From a virus (taxonomy: Duplodnaviria > Caudoviricetes): a DNA stretch of 64,000 bases. Position 1 is the stretch's first letter. Each line of letters begins with the position of its first letter. The notes under the pieces were generated by a model that was not told the DNA's origin, did not search any database, and worked only from the letters and a program-made list of their open reading frames with translations. Made by a program: the position numbers and the translations under genes. The stretch is from positions 1 to 64,000 of IMG/VR virus record IMGVR_UViG_3300033066_001917; one strand, 5' to 3'. This document shows, in pieces, positions 37,647 through 46,982 of this stretch.

Positions 37647-39492
37647 AGTGACTTTGGTCAAGGAGCCGACCATCATCCCTATTTTCCAGATGGCAGTTAT
37701 CCCCGAAGGAATGGAAGACTTTTATGAGTGGTTGGGCACCTATCGCCCCGAATGCCTCCCGGATCCTCCAGAGGGACAAAAAGGTGGATGGATGGATCTT
37801 TTCCCCCATGGTGGGGTGGAGATGGACGACTTGGGTCAGGAGAGAGAGCTAACTGGGAACGAAATGCTCGTAGAGTTCGCGGGGAGAAAATGCTACGATG
37901 AACACACCGAAGTTCTGACTCAAAATGGATGGGTTCGGTTTCCCAATCTCCAGAAAGGGAGTGCAGTAGCCGTTTTCTCTCAGGAGAAAAACGAAATTGT
38001 TTTTGAAGTGCCCACCGAATATATCCAGAAACGGCACAAGGGTTCGATGTACTGCGTTGAATCCAGAGCATTCTCCATTCGAGTAACACCAGACCACGAT
38101 CTGTTTTGTCGCCGAAAAGGTGTGTGGGGATTTGCTCCGGCCGAGGAGCTCGTAGGGAAAAAGTATGGGGTTAGGAGAGCCGCAACTTATGAGGGATCTG
38201 GATTCCAGAGTTGCTGGCCAGTACCCAAGGGAAAAGAAAAAGAGTGGGCAACCTTCCTTGGGTTCTTCTTGTCCGAGGGTTCCATTGTTGATGGAAAAAA
38301 ATATAAAACAGGATCGAGGGTGATTATCTATCAGAAACATGATGCAAGTGACCCCATCCTCGAAGCAGCCAGGGCACTGGGATTGAAACCGACAGTCAAA
38401 ATTGACGGGAGAAACAACGTAGCCGCGATAACGATTGGAAACACGCAACTAGCTAACTTGCTAGCTGAGAAATGTGGCGTTGGAGCCACCGAAAAAAAGA
38501 TCCCAAGAGAGGTTTTTGAGTGGCCAGTTAACATCCGCGAGGCTCTTCTAGATGCCCTCATGGTGGGAGATGGGACAACCACGAATGGACATCGGGTTTA
38601 CACGACATGCTCGGAGAAACTTGCTACAGATGTCCAGCAATTGATCCTCATGCTGGGGCGACCGGGGTCCATCTCATTCAGCGACCATGGTATCCGAACC
38701 CCATACCCAACCAGCTTCAAAAGCAATCATCCCATTTACCGGGTCCGAGAGGGGAGCCAGGTTGTTGCCACCGTCAACAACAAGGACCAACATGATTGGA
38801 CCCAAGAAGAGGCAGACGAAATTGTCTACTGCGTGACAGTGCCAAATCGTATTTTAGTCGTCCGTCGCAATAGAAAAGTTTTCTTCTGCTCCAACTGCTA
38901 CGACTCTTTTGGGACCAAAGCTGGGAGGAGAACAAACGCCTCCTACATCGAGCACACCCAACAAGGGATCATTCCGCATAGGTCCATCAAGTACCATGCG
39001 AAAATGACATTTTTCATATCTGGCATCTCGTGGCGAGTCAGTCACGAATTCATACGGAATTATGTCGGTAGCGATAGGGACCAGGAAGGATCCCCCTCCG
39101 AGGAATCCACACGCTATACTTTCCACCCTGGTCATTTCGTGATCTCCCCCAGAGATATTGAGGAGGGTAACGAGGAGTGGTTCCGAGAAGCAATGCAAGC
39201 ATCGTATGATCGTTATTGCCAGTATGTAGATACCGAATGTCGTAAGTATCAGGAAAGAACTGGTGCAGAACCGAAAGGTATGGACCGGAAGAGGATCTAC
39301 GAATCAGCCGCTGGCTATATGCCAAAACAGGTTTCTACTTCACTGGTATGGACAACGAACCCGGAAGCTCTGAAAAAGCTGTTTCTAGAACGAACGGATA
39401 ATTCAACAGATCTGGAATTCCAAAGATTCGCCAAAAAATGGCAAAAACTGTGTTGCGCCAGATGGCCCAACCTATTCCCAAAGGTAGGATAA
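37639..39492 (+). CDS. thyX: FAD-dependent thymidylate synthase ThyX-like protein, intein-containing
   Basis: EFAGR.CY.S, H.S...H, ISGIS..VSHE..R, S.ES.RY, T.L..T.N. Confidence 0.85.
   Translation: MREVTLVKEPTIIPIFQMAVIPEGMEDFYEWLGTYRPECLPDPPEGQKGGWMDLFPHGGVEMDDLGQERELTGNEMLVEFAGRKCYDEHTEVLTQNGWVRFPNLQKGSAVAVFSQEKNEIVFEVPTEYIQKRHKGSMYCVESRAFSIRVTPDHDLFCRRKGVWGFAPAEELVGKKYGVRRAATYEGSGFQSCWPVPKGKEKEWATFLGFFLSEGSIVDGKKYKTGSRVIIYQKHDASDPILEAARALGLKPTVKIDGRNNVAAITIGNTQLANLLAEKCGVGATEKKIPREVFEWPVNIREALLDALMVGDGTTTNGHRVYTTCSEKLATDVQQLILMLGRPGSISFSDHGIRTPYPTSFKSNHPIYRVREGSQVVATVNNKDQHDWTQEEADEIVYCVTVPNRILVVRRNRKVFFCSNCYDSFGTKAGRRTNASYIEHTQQGIIPHRSIKYHAKMTFFISGISWRVSHEFIRNYVGSDRDQEGSPSEESTRYTFHPGHFVISPRDIEEGNEEWFREAMQASYDRYCQYVDTECRKYQERTGAEPKGMDRKRIYESAAGYMPKQVSTSLVWTTNPEALKKLFLERTDNSTDLEFQRFAKKWQKLCCARWPNLFPKVG
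37891..38895 (+). mobile_element. intein with LAGLIDADG endonuclease (335 aa)
   Basis: Starts CYDEHTEVLT; VTPDH block B; FLGFFLSEG and LLDALMVGDG; ends VYCVTVP...CSN before Cys+1. Confidence 0.9.
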
Positions 39493-39496
39493 GAAC

Positions 39497-39826
39497 ATGA
39501 CGATGAAGAAAAACGACGTTATCAAGGAAGTAGCTCGCCGGAGTGGCCGAACCATTGAGGAGGTCACCTCGGTCCTAGAGCACCAAGCAGCGGTTCTCGC
39601 CGAAGCTCTGGTGCGGGATGGTGCGGTAAACGTGCCCGATCTAGGCAAAGCCAAGAAGGTTGTACGTAAGGCCGTAGCGGCTCGGCAATCCGTTAACCCC
39701 AAGACTCGGGAGCCCATGGTCATCCCCGCTCAACCCGAAACGGTCAGCTTCAAACTGAAGCTGAACAAGGGTTTCTCGGACAGGATTGACGCCGTGGGCG
39801 CCACAGCCCAGGCCCCAACAGCCTGA
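39497..39826 (+). CDS. HU/IHF family DNA-binding protein
   Basis: MKK..VI..VA...LG...R.A......NPKT.E.M.IPA...V.FK. Confidence 0.9.
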   Translation: MTMKKNDVIKEVARRSGRTIEEVTSVLEHQAAVLAEALVRDGAVNVPDLGKAKKVVRKAVAARQSVNPKTREPMVIPAQPETVSFKLKLNKGFSDRIDAVGATAQAPTA

Positions 39827-39837
39827 AGGTTCTGACC

Positions 39838-39881
39838 TGGAAAAGTGGCCGGATTGGGAAACTGATCCGGCCACTTTTCCA
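39838..39881 (+). terminator. strong hairpin terminator after HU
   Basis: TGGAAAAGTGGCCGGAT...ATCCGGCCACTTTTCCA. Confidence 0.75.
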
Positions 39882-39904
39882 TTTGTATAGGTAAGACTAA
39901 ATAC

Positions 39905-40278
39905 GGGATCGACAGGTTTCGACAGAGGAGTAGATAGGAAAGAGTTGTAGCCGTTGATGCCGGGGACAACGTTAACACCCCTGGTGACTCACAAATGCGA
40001 ACGACAACGACGTTCCTGCTTTCGCCGCTGCTGCCTGAGAGTAGCCGCTAGAGCCCTGAAGGTGCCACCCCTGCCGATGGATGTCCCTTCTTGAAAAACA
40101 AAATTGGATAGGCCGAAAGACAGGCGACGTGTCTTCCGGAGTAGAACCAAACAGACGCAACGGTCGGATAGAACCTGCCCCTGGGTGCTTCTGGCAGTAG
40201 ACAAATCAGCGGCAAGGCTACAAACACTCTGAATTGACATGACTTTGGACCGGGGTTCGATTCCCCGCGATTCCACCA
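39905..40278 (+). ncRNA. ssrA: tmRNA; tag ANDNDVPAFAAAA (39997-40038)
   Basis: 5' GGGATCGA.AGG.TTCGAC, G3:U70, 3' GGAC.GGGGTTCGATTCCCC...ACCA, tag ORF ending AA-stop. Confidence 0.95.
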
Positions 40279-40294
40279 AGGAAAAAAGCCACCC

Positions 40295-40543
40295 ATGAGA
40301 GTCCTCTTCAAAGCAGTCAGAGTTGACTTTTTCGTCGCCGACATTGGTGACACTCCTGTGCAAGATGTCATTGACGAACTAGAAAACGGCGAAGACCAGA
40401 CGGTGTCGGTCGAGACCGTCACCGTTGACCCAAAGACGCCCACGGATTGCGTATGGGACCCAAGAGATGGGTGTATGTACGATGTGGGTGCTAATGGAGA
40501 GGTTCCCCAATACTTACTATCGTACGAAGATGAAGACGAATAG
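40295..40543 (+). CDS. small acidic protein
   Basis: 82 aa, strongly D/E-rich, AAGGA RBS. Confidence 0.65.
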   Translation: MRVLFKAVRVDFFVADIGDTPVQDVIDELENGEDQTVSVETVTVDPKTPTDCVWDPRDGCMYDVGANGEVPQYLLSYEDEDE

Positions 40544-40565
40544 GGTCCTTGGGTAATATGAGGGG

Positions 40566-40901
40566 ATGAATACCCACCCCACATTTGAATCTTTCCACGC
40601 AGATGTTGTTCGCACTTCCTCTACCTATGAGGATCCTCTCCGCGAACTTTCAGTGATTGCTCTAGGTTTGGCGGGTGAATCGGGTGAGGTGGCCGAAATG
40701 GTCAAAAAGCACCTGGGTCACGGTCATGTCCTTGACAAAACAAAACTTGTCAAAGAACTAGGTGACGTTCTATTTTATTTGGATTGGGCTGCTACCCATA
40801 TGGGTATAACCCTAGCCGAAGTTGCTCAGATCAACATGGACAAAAGGCTGGAGAGATACCCACATGGATTCGAACAAGCACGCACCTACCACAATGGATA
40901 G
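40566..40901 (+). CDS. mazG: MazG-like NTP pyrophosphohydrolase
   Basis: LGLAGESGEVAE.VKK...ELGDVL.Y...N..K...RYP. Confidence 0.9.
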   Translation: MNTHPTFESFHADVVRTSSTYEDPLRELSVIALGLAGESGEVAEMVKKHLGHGHVLDKTKLVKELGDVLFYLDWAATHMGITLAEVAQINMDKRLERYPHGFEQARTYHNG

Positions 40902-41694
40902 GGAAGATCGAAAATCCGTAGCCCTCAAAACCAGACGCATTATTAGCGATGGGATCTATGAGGGACCCGGGGGGCTTATCAACGACATAAGCTCTGATGT
41001 GTCTTATGCCCGGAAAAACACGACGTCCTTTGGACCCGTCATCTTAACGGGTCCGCAACGAGGAGTTAGATCCCTGACGGCACCCAAAATTTGGACGGAG
41101 AGAGTTGACACTCTGGTGGCAGCAGAAAGAATGGTAAAAGCAGGGGGCAGACCGGCCGTTCTTAACTTCGCTTCTGCAAAAAATCCCGGTGGTGGATGGG
41201 AGAGAGGGGCTACGGGACAAGAGGAGTCTCTAAGCCGTCGGAGTGCATTGGTAGCCGCGCTTGAAGGTAACAGCGAATACGCGGATACCGGAGAAAATAC
41301 CCTTTATAGATCGTGGGTCATCTATAGCCCCGATGTTCCTGTTATACGGGATGAGCACGAGATTCTCCTGGATACTCCGTGGAAATGCTCGTTCTTGACA
41401 TGCCCGGCCCCTAACCTGGAGGGGAAATTAAGCGAGAAATTGCTGGGGACCGTTGACCGTGTTCTTCGGCAAAGAATTGACATGATACTGAGAGTTGCCT
41501 CCATCCATGGTCATAGGAGATTGGTCCTAGGTGCCTGGGGATGTGGTGTTTTCAAAAACAACCCGAAAATGGTAGCCCTGGCTTTCAAATCTTTGCTAGA
41601 TGAGTACAATGGGTATTTCCAGGAAGTTGTTTTTGCAATCTTAGGGTCCGATGAGACCTATCAACCTTTTGCGAAAATATTTGGAGGAGCGTGA
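40894..41694 (+). CDS. TIGR02452 family PARG-like macrodomain protein
   Basis: LNFASAKNPGGG...GA..QEESL.R.S, IYSP.V, LVLGAWGCGVF.N. Confidence 0.9.
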   Translation: MDREDRKSVALKTRRIISDGIYEGPGGLINDISSDVSYARKNTTSFGPVILTGPQRGVRSLTAPKIWTERVDTLVAAERMVKAGGRPAVLNFASAKNPGGGWERGATGQEESLSRRSALVAALEGNSEYADTGENTLYRSWVIYSPDVPVIRDEHEILLDTPWKCSFLTCPAPNLEGKLSEKLLGTVDRVLRQRIDMILRVASIHGHRRLVLGAWGCGVFKNNPKMVALAFKSLLDEYNGYFQEVVFAILGSDETYQPFAKIFGGA

Positions 41695-42013
41695 TGAACC
41701 TAGCAACAGTCTGCTTTACATACAAAGGTGGGAACAAAGAAAAAGCCCTTTTGATCACCAGAGATCAACTTTTTGATTGGATCCCATTGGGTGACAACCA
41801 ATGGATTCGAAGCAGATTTGGTTCCATGGACGAGGCCAAGAAACACGCGGATCATCTCAATGAAACGGTTGGGGATTCCTTGTTCGAAGCAGTGGCTGCG
41901 TCCGTGGACGTAAAATTACCCCACGTACCGAAGCACCCCAAAGTTGCGGACTGGGATGCGAATGGTTCGCCCGTCGAGTGACCAAAATAGAATGACCCAG
42001 AGTAAATGGGTCC

Positions 42014-43333
42014 ATGGTTCTCGTTGAAGATGTTCTAGTTGAAACCTCTTGGACTTGCTCTCACTGCAAAAATGAGATTGAGGGAGCTACCTCCCACGAG
42101 GGTCAATCTCTTATCTGTCCAAAATGCGGTGCACCTAAGAAAAACGAAGAGTATGTAATTCACGGTGACCCAACCAAAGACAAGATACTCGAAGAGGGTT
42201 GCGTTCCGGAAGGGAAAAACTGGGAATGTGAGTTCTGTGGGGGGGAATCCCGAACTGACAGAATCACATGCTCCCGTTGCGGAGCCAAGAGAAAGGCACC
42301 CCTAGCAACGGGCCACCAAGCCACCACGGATGTAATCCGTGAAACCACCCACCAAACAACCACCCCTCCGGTTTCTCCCGTAGAACCTGGAGACTTTGAG
42401 AGTAGAAAGGTGCCCCCATCAACACCTCTTCGGGCCGTAGGGTCGGGATCCAAAACCCGTTGGGTTGGTTGGTCCGCAACAGCTTGGGCCCTAGGGGTGC
42501 TAACCCTGGGAATATTGGCCGTGGTAGCACTGATCCTTGGGGTCGTGGCCGGGATTGGTTGGCTAATGACCCCGCAAAAAACAACTGCGATTGTTGAGTC
42601 AATCCAGTGGCAAAGGACGGAAACACTCCTGGAGCTTCGGAGACATCCCGGCAGTGGATGGCGTGACGACAATGGGAACGGGAAAGATGTCCTACGTTGG
42701 GGGTCATGTGAAACCCGTCAGGATGGAATGATGGATTGCAACCCCTACCGATGCAACCCACACATGGAGGAGGATACAACACAATGCACGGGGGGAAATT
42801 TTGAGCAGTACAATTGTCGGTTGGTCCCGGAAAACTACAACTGCCGTGACGTTCCTGATAGGTCCCGTTGTCGGGTGAACTACACCAACAACGGAAATGG
42901 CACGGCGAGACGCCAGACATTTTGTGAGACCAAACGTGAGTGCCAGACTCGAAATGTATCCCGTTGTGACACCAGAAGGGTCCCTCGGGTATGCCAGAGG
43001 CATTTGGTATACAATACTTGCTACAATCGCTGTCCCAGAATGAGAACTTGGTGCAATTATACCTATCAGTCTTGGGACGTGATCACGACGCAAGCCCTCA
43101 GTGGTAATGACCACTCTCCCCGTTGGTTCGGACTGACCACAACGGGTACAAACCAACGGATTGAACAATCCGAATCATTTCTGGTGAACTTCCGGGACAC
43201 AACGGACCACTCCAAAACCTGGACAACCCACCCGACAGTCCATGATTATGAGTCTTATCATGTGGGACAAAGGTGGGAACTATCTTGGGTGAGAGGTGGG
43301 CCTATCATGCCCCTTCGTCTTCTCGTGAATTAG
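42014..43333 (+). CDS. RanBP2-type Zn-finger membrane protein with Cys-rich ectodomain
   Basis: WxCxxC...CxxCG twice, one TM helix, many Cys and NGNG after the TM helix. Confidence 0.8.
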   Translation: MVLVEDVLVETSWTCSHCKNEIEGATSHEGQSLICPKCGAPKKNEEYVIHGDPTKDKILEEGCVPEGKNWECEFCGGESRTDRITCSRCGAKRKAPLATGHQATTDVIRETTHQTTTPPVSPVEPGDFESRKVPPSTPLRAVGSGSKTRWVGWSATAWALGVLTLGILAVVALILGVVAGIGWLMTPQKTTAIVESIQWQRTETLLELRRHPGSGWRDDNGNGKDVLRWGSCETRQDGMMDCNPYRCNPHMEEDTTQCTGGNFEQYNCRLVPENYNCRDVPDRSRCRVNYTNNGNGTARRQTFCETKRECQTRNVSRCDTRRVPRVCQRHLVYNTCYNRCPRMRTWCNYTYQSWDVITTQALSGNDHSPRWFGLTTTGTNQRIEQSESFLVNFRDTTDHSKTWTTHPTVHDYESYHVGQRWELSWVRGGPIMPLRLLVN

Positions 43334-43355
43334 CCAGTTGGTTTCCCCTTCCCCT

Positions 43356-43393
43356 AATCGATATAGAGCTGAAGGGAAACGGTGAACGTCATG
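43356..43393 (+). repeat. 38-bp promoter-RBS-start cassette, copy 2
   Basis: Identical to the reverse complement of 5762-5799. Confidence 0.9.
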
Positions 43394-43759
43394 ATGAACG
43401 ATAAGACCCGTGCGGAACTTTGTGAGGAAGCGGCAACGGAGCTTCGCCGTCTTCTCTGGGGCCCCAAGGCCCCCAAGACTTCACGCGGACGTGATTCGCA
43501 GACGGCGAAGAAGCGTGGACCGATCATCCAGATCTTCTGGGACCTTTCCCCGGATGATATCAAGAAGTCGGACAAGTCCTACGAGGTGGTCCACAGCCTT
43601 GTGGACATGGTGTGGGAGCGTGAGTACCTCATGAGCTCTCAGGGGGATCGTGTCGTCCAGGAGATGACCGATTTTCCCCGCATGTGCCAGAAGTACCTCA
43701 TCCTGTGCGATGTCGCTCTCATGGGGAAGAACCTCCTCGGCCCGAAGTCGACGGACTGA
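43391..43759 (+). CDS. hypothetical phage protein
   Basis: Started by the cassette; GC-rich codon usage. Confidence 0.7.
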   Translation: MMNDKTRAELCEEAATELRRLLWGPKAPKTSRGRDSQTAKKRGPIIQIFWDLSPDDIKKSDKSYEVVHSLVDMVWEREYLMSSQGDRVVQEMTDFPRMCQKYLILCDVALMGKNLLGPKSTD

Positions 43760-44019
43760 AAAGTTCCGAGAAAACTAGAGAGGGACCCATGAAATTCAAC
43801 GGCGTGAAAATGTTTGAGACCGTCGCAGCGGCCGAGTCCCAAGCCAGCAAGATGAACGCCAATAGCGGCAACCCCTGGGCGAAGTCGTACGTGACAACCC
43901 AGGTCTACAACGATGAGGGTGAGACGGGGTTCGGGATCATGAATCTCGGTGACCGCTCCGTCTATGGGGTCAAGGGGGAGTACGTGAAGGGAAGTCGCTG
44001 GGACACTTGAGGCAATAAC

Positions 44020-44049
44020 TTGAATCTTGTCCCCCTCGACCGATATAAG
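44020..44049 (+). promoter_or_regulatory. phage promoter, TTGAnT...CGATATA class
   Basis: TTGAATCTTGTCCCCCTCGACCGATATAAG upstream of an RBS. Confidence 0.6.
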
Positions 44050-44461
44050 GGCGGAGAGAACAAAATGACGCATAAATGCGAAACTGCTCCCCGCCTTTAT
44101 CCCAGTCGGTACGGTAACGAAGGGGATGGTTCCCGCCAGCGGGATGTGCTCTGTTCACCCAAGGATGTGGATCCTGACACTTGCCCGTATCAACCCTACA
44201 ATGAGTGTGGTTGAATGCTTACAGTGAAAGAAGCCTTGCGCCAATATGGTATGCTTGCCGGTGTTGTAGAACGTACGGATAAAGAAGAGACAAAAGTATA
44301 TGCGTTGTACCAGTTTCTGGTGAACTCTGGAGAAGACGTATGTGAACCAGAAAAAAGAACAACCAAGCTACCGCCGTGGTGGCACGAGGAAAAGGACTGA
44401 CACCAACGATTTTTCAAACCAGACAACCCTAGTTTGCGTATATAGAGAGGCAAGTAGGTAT

Positions 44462-44533
44462 CGGAGAGTAGCCTAGAGGTCAGGCGCCAGTTTTGGGAAC
44501 TGGATCAGGCAGGTTCGAATCCTGTCTCTCCGA
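44462..44533 (+). tRNA. tRNA-Pro(UGG)
   Basis: C1:G72, loop TT-TGG-GA, A73, no CCA. Confidence 0.9.
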
Positions 44534-44546
44534 CTGATAGATAGAT

Positions 44547-44618
44547 GCGAGCGTAGTTTAGTGGCAAAACCTCTGGCCTACACCCAGAAGACTGCAGGTC
44601 CGATTCCTGTCGCTCGTA
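44547..44618 (+). tRNA. atypical tRNA-Val(UAC) on a Gly-like body
   Basis: GCGAGCGTAGTTTAGTGGCAAAACC 5' half, loop CC-TAC-AC (C33), T loop TCCGATT, A73. Confidence 0.7.
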
Positions 44619-44664
44619 CCGAACCGATAACGTACCTATGGCCGAACCAATGTAAGAGGTTCGT

Positions 44665-45333
44665 ATGCCACTACGTTGCACGGATGATGAATTCAGAGCC
44701 CTAGCTCTCAAACACACTACTCGGACTGGAATTCTGCGTGAGTTGGGTCATCCAACCAACCAGGGTGTCTTCAATCGGTACGTGAATGAGAAAGCCAAAG
44801 CGTTGGGGTTGGATACCACCCATTGGATGGGAAGCAAAGGTAACCGGGTGGGGCCGAAGATTCCCCTAACGGAGCTTTGTGTCTCGGGTAGAGCGGTGTC
44901 CAGTGTGACCCTCAAAAAACGGTTGTTTAGGGAGGGGATCCTAGAGAATTGCTGCTCCAAGTGTGGGTTGGGTCCGGCGTGGCAGGGAGAGCCGTTGTCG
45001 CTGCACCTAGATCACATCGACGGATGCCATACCAACAACCAGCTATCAAACCTCCGAATCCTCTGCCCCAACTGCCACACCCAAACACCAACCTACGGAT
45101 GCAAACGCACCAGGGTTATCCGAAAATGTGCGTGTGGTGCAGTGATGCACCGACATAGCGGTCAGTGCTCGAAATGCTCCAACGCCTCGAAACCATCTAC
45201 TCCGAAAATCGAATGGCCTTCGGTCTCGGAGCTCACGGCACGAGTCGAAGCAAGCAGCCGAGTGCAAGTGGCAAAAGAGCTCGGAGTGTCCGACACAGCC
45301 ATCAGAAAACACCTCCGCAAACATCAAAAGTAA
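44665..45333 (+). CDS. HNH homing endonuclease, paralogue of 3341-4057
   Basis: LHLDHIDG...NN.L.NLRILCPNCH, KIEWP...HTH tail. Confidence 0.9.
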   Translation: MPLRCTDDEFRALALKHTTRTGILRELGHPTNQGVFNRYVNEKAKALGLDTTHWMGSKGNRVGPKIPLTELCVSGRAVSSVTLKKRLFREGILENCCSKCGLGPAWQGEPLSLHLDHIDGCHTNNQLSNLRILCPNCHTQTPTYGCKRTRVIRKCACGAVMHRHSGQCSKCSNASKPSTPKIEWPSVSELTARVEASSRVQVAKELGVSDTAIRKHLRKHQK

Positions 45334-45743
45334 ACACCACCAGGAGAATCGTCATGCACGATTTCAATCTTCAGTCCTCCGTCTACGGTCGTGGTCCCAA
45401 CGAGTACAAGGTCGTCCTTGGTTGTGCCAACCTGGAGTACACGGGTGGGTATGAGCAGACATTCCGCGTCCGCGCCAACAACTGGCGCGAGGCCAAGCGG
45501 TACGTGGAGAACCTGGATCCCTTCCGCATCTGGAAGGACTACCCCAAGCTCCTGACGGAGTGTGGGGGAGATCCCTTCGTCCGCCGTGTCTTCGACCGCA
45601 ACCGCAAATATTTCGAGACCACCTACCGAGGGTCACGGCGACTGGAACCGTTTCCTTGCCGAGCGCGAGGAGTACCTCACTACCAATGGCTGGACGGTCG
45701 AGGAGTTCCTTGACCGCTCCGACGTTTTCACGGAGAACTGAAT

Positions 45744-46094
45744 ATGACCATTCGCGACACCCCCAACCTGAACGCACTGGCGGCAGAGTTTCGTTTTCTC
45801 CGCGAGGCTGAGGAGCTTTACCTCCGCCTTCACTGGTACGAGACACATCGGGTACCTTCGGGTTCCGAGGTTTTTCCGTTTTTCGAGCCGTACGCCCCGA
45901 CGGATTTCATGTCCGAGTACGAGCGGCTTCAGGGGCATTACCAGGAGCTTCAGGGGCATTACCAGGAGCTTCAGGGGATCCTCTACTGTGGTAAGGGCAC
46001 GGTCTACGATCCACCCGAGTGGGTGACAACCCCGGCCGCCCACACTCTGTGGCGCCGAGCGCACGACTTCATGGGTTTCGACGATTCGGAGTAG
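45744..46094 (+). CDS. hypothetical protein with heptad duplication
   Basis: GGAG RBS; LQGHYQE repeat. Confidence 0.65.
   Translation: MTIRDTPNLNALAAEFRFLREAEELYLRLHWYETHRVPSGSEVFPFFEPYAPTDFMSEYERLQGHYQELQGHYQELQGILYCGKGTVYDPPEWVTTPAAHTLWRRAHDFMGFDDSE
45926..45977 (+). repeat. 21-bp in-frame tandem repeat (about 2.5 copies)
   Basis: GCTTCAGGGGCATTACCAGGA repeated. Confidence 0.9.
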
Positions 46095-46982
46095 ATCATG
46101 TTCACACCCCCTCAAAACCCCCAGGATTACCGCAATACCTTCTCATCCTGGCTTGCCAAAGACCCCAAGGCCAAAGAGATGTGGGTCAAATACCACACGC
46201 TCCGGACCAAACTCGATGCCTCGGTCTACCGTAAGGGTCCGGTCATGACCCCGGACGAGTTTGCATCCTACAACGAACTTGTTAGTTGGTTTCATCATCA
46301 GGGTGTGCGGATGCTTTGTACCTGCACCTTTCCTGTCAACGTCTGAGGTTTCCATGCGTACAAAACAACAGCTTGAGGCTGCGGCCGATACCCGTCGACT
46401 TCACCGGATCAAAGTCCAGGAGGACCGATTGGTCCGTCTGATCCGTTCCATGGGGGTTCATTGCTCCGTGGATCACACAACCCATGTCATGGAAGTGGGG
46501 TACATGACCCGGGAGATCCAAATGGGGGAAGGAGCCGTCAAAATGGGGGGCGTTTGGTATACCTACCCCAAGCGTCGCACTCGAAATGGTGGTAGTCAAC
46601 GGCTGATGGACTTCATCAACGGTTTTTGCCAGACAAAGGCAACCCTTCCTCCATCGCCACCCAAAACCCTTCGGACCAACATCCAAGGGTACATCCGAGG
46701 GGTGCAAAACAAACTGGGTCAAGACCCTGACTACGATCGCTACCTTACGGGACAACTGGATGCTCTGCGGTGGGTGCTCCGCGGAATGAAGAATCCATGA
46801 CTTTTCGTCGCTATCGACACAGGCTGAACAGATTTCTGTTTTCTGGTTCAAACCAGAGGACGGCATTTCTGATGGCTTGCTCCGTCGTTCTTTTCTACTG
46901 TGGGGCATTTCTGGTCATTTGGTTTCAGTATAACTGACCGAAATCTGCTTTCTTACCGTAATACCTCATCGAGGAAGAAACC

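Noticed and set aside
37891-38904. TGCTACGA repeated at both intein ends as a target-site duplication
   Set aside because: Explained by intein Cys1 and extein Cys+1 in similar CYD contexts.
45926-45977. Possible CRISPR mini-array
   Set aside because: Head-to-tail 21-bp in-frame repeats with no spacers; no cas genes or repeat-spacer arrays seen in the window.
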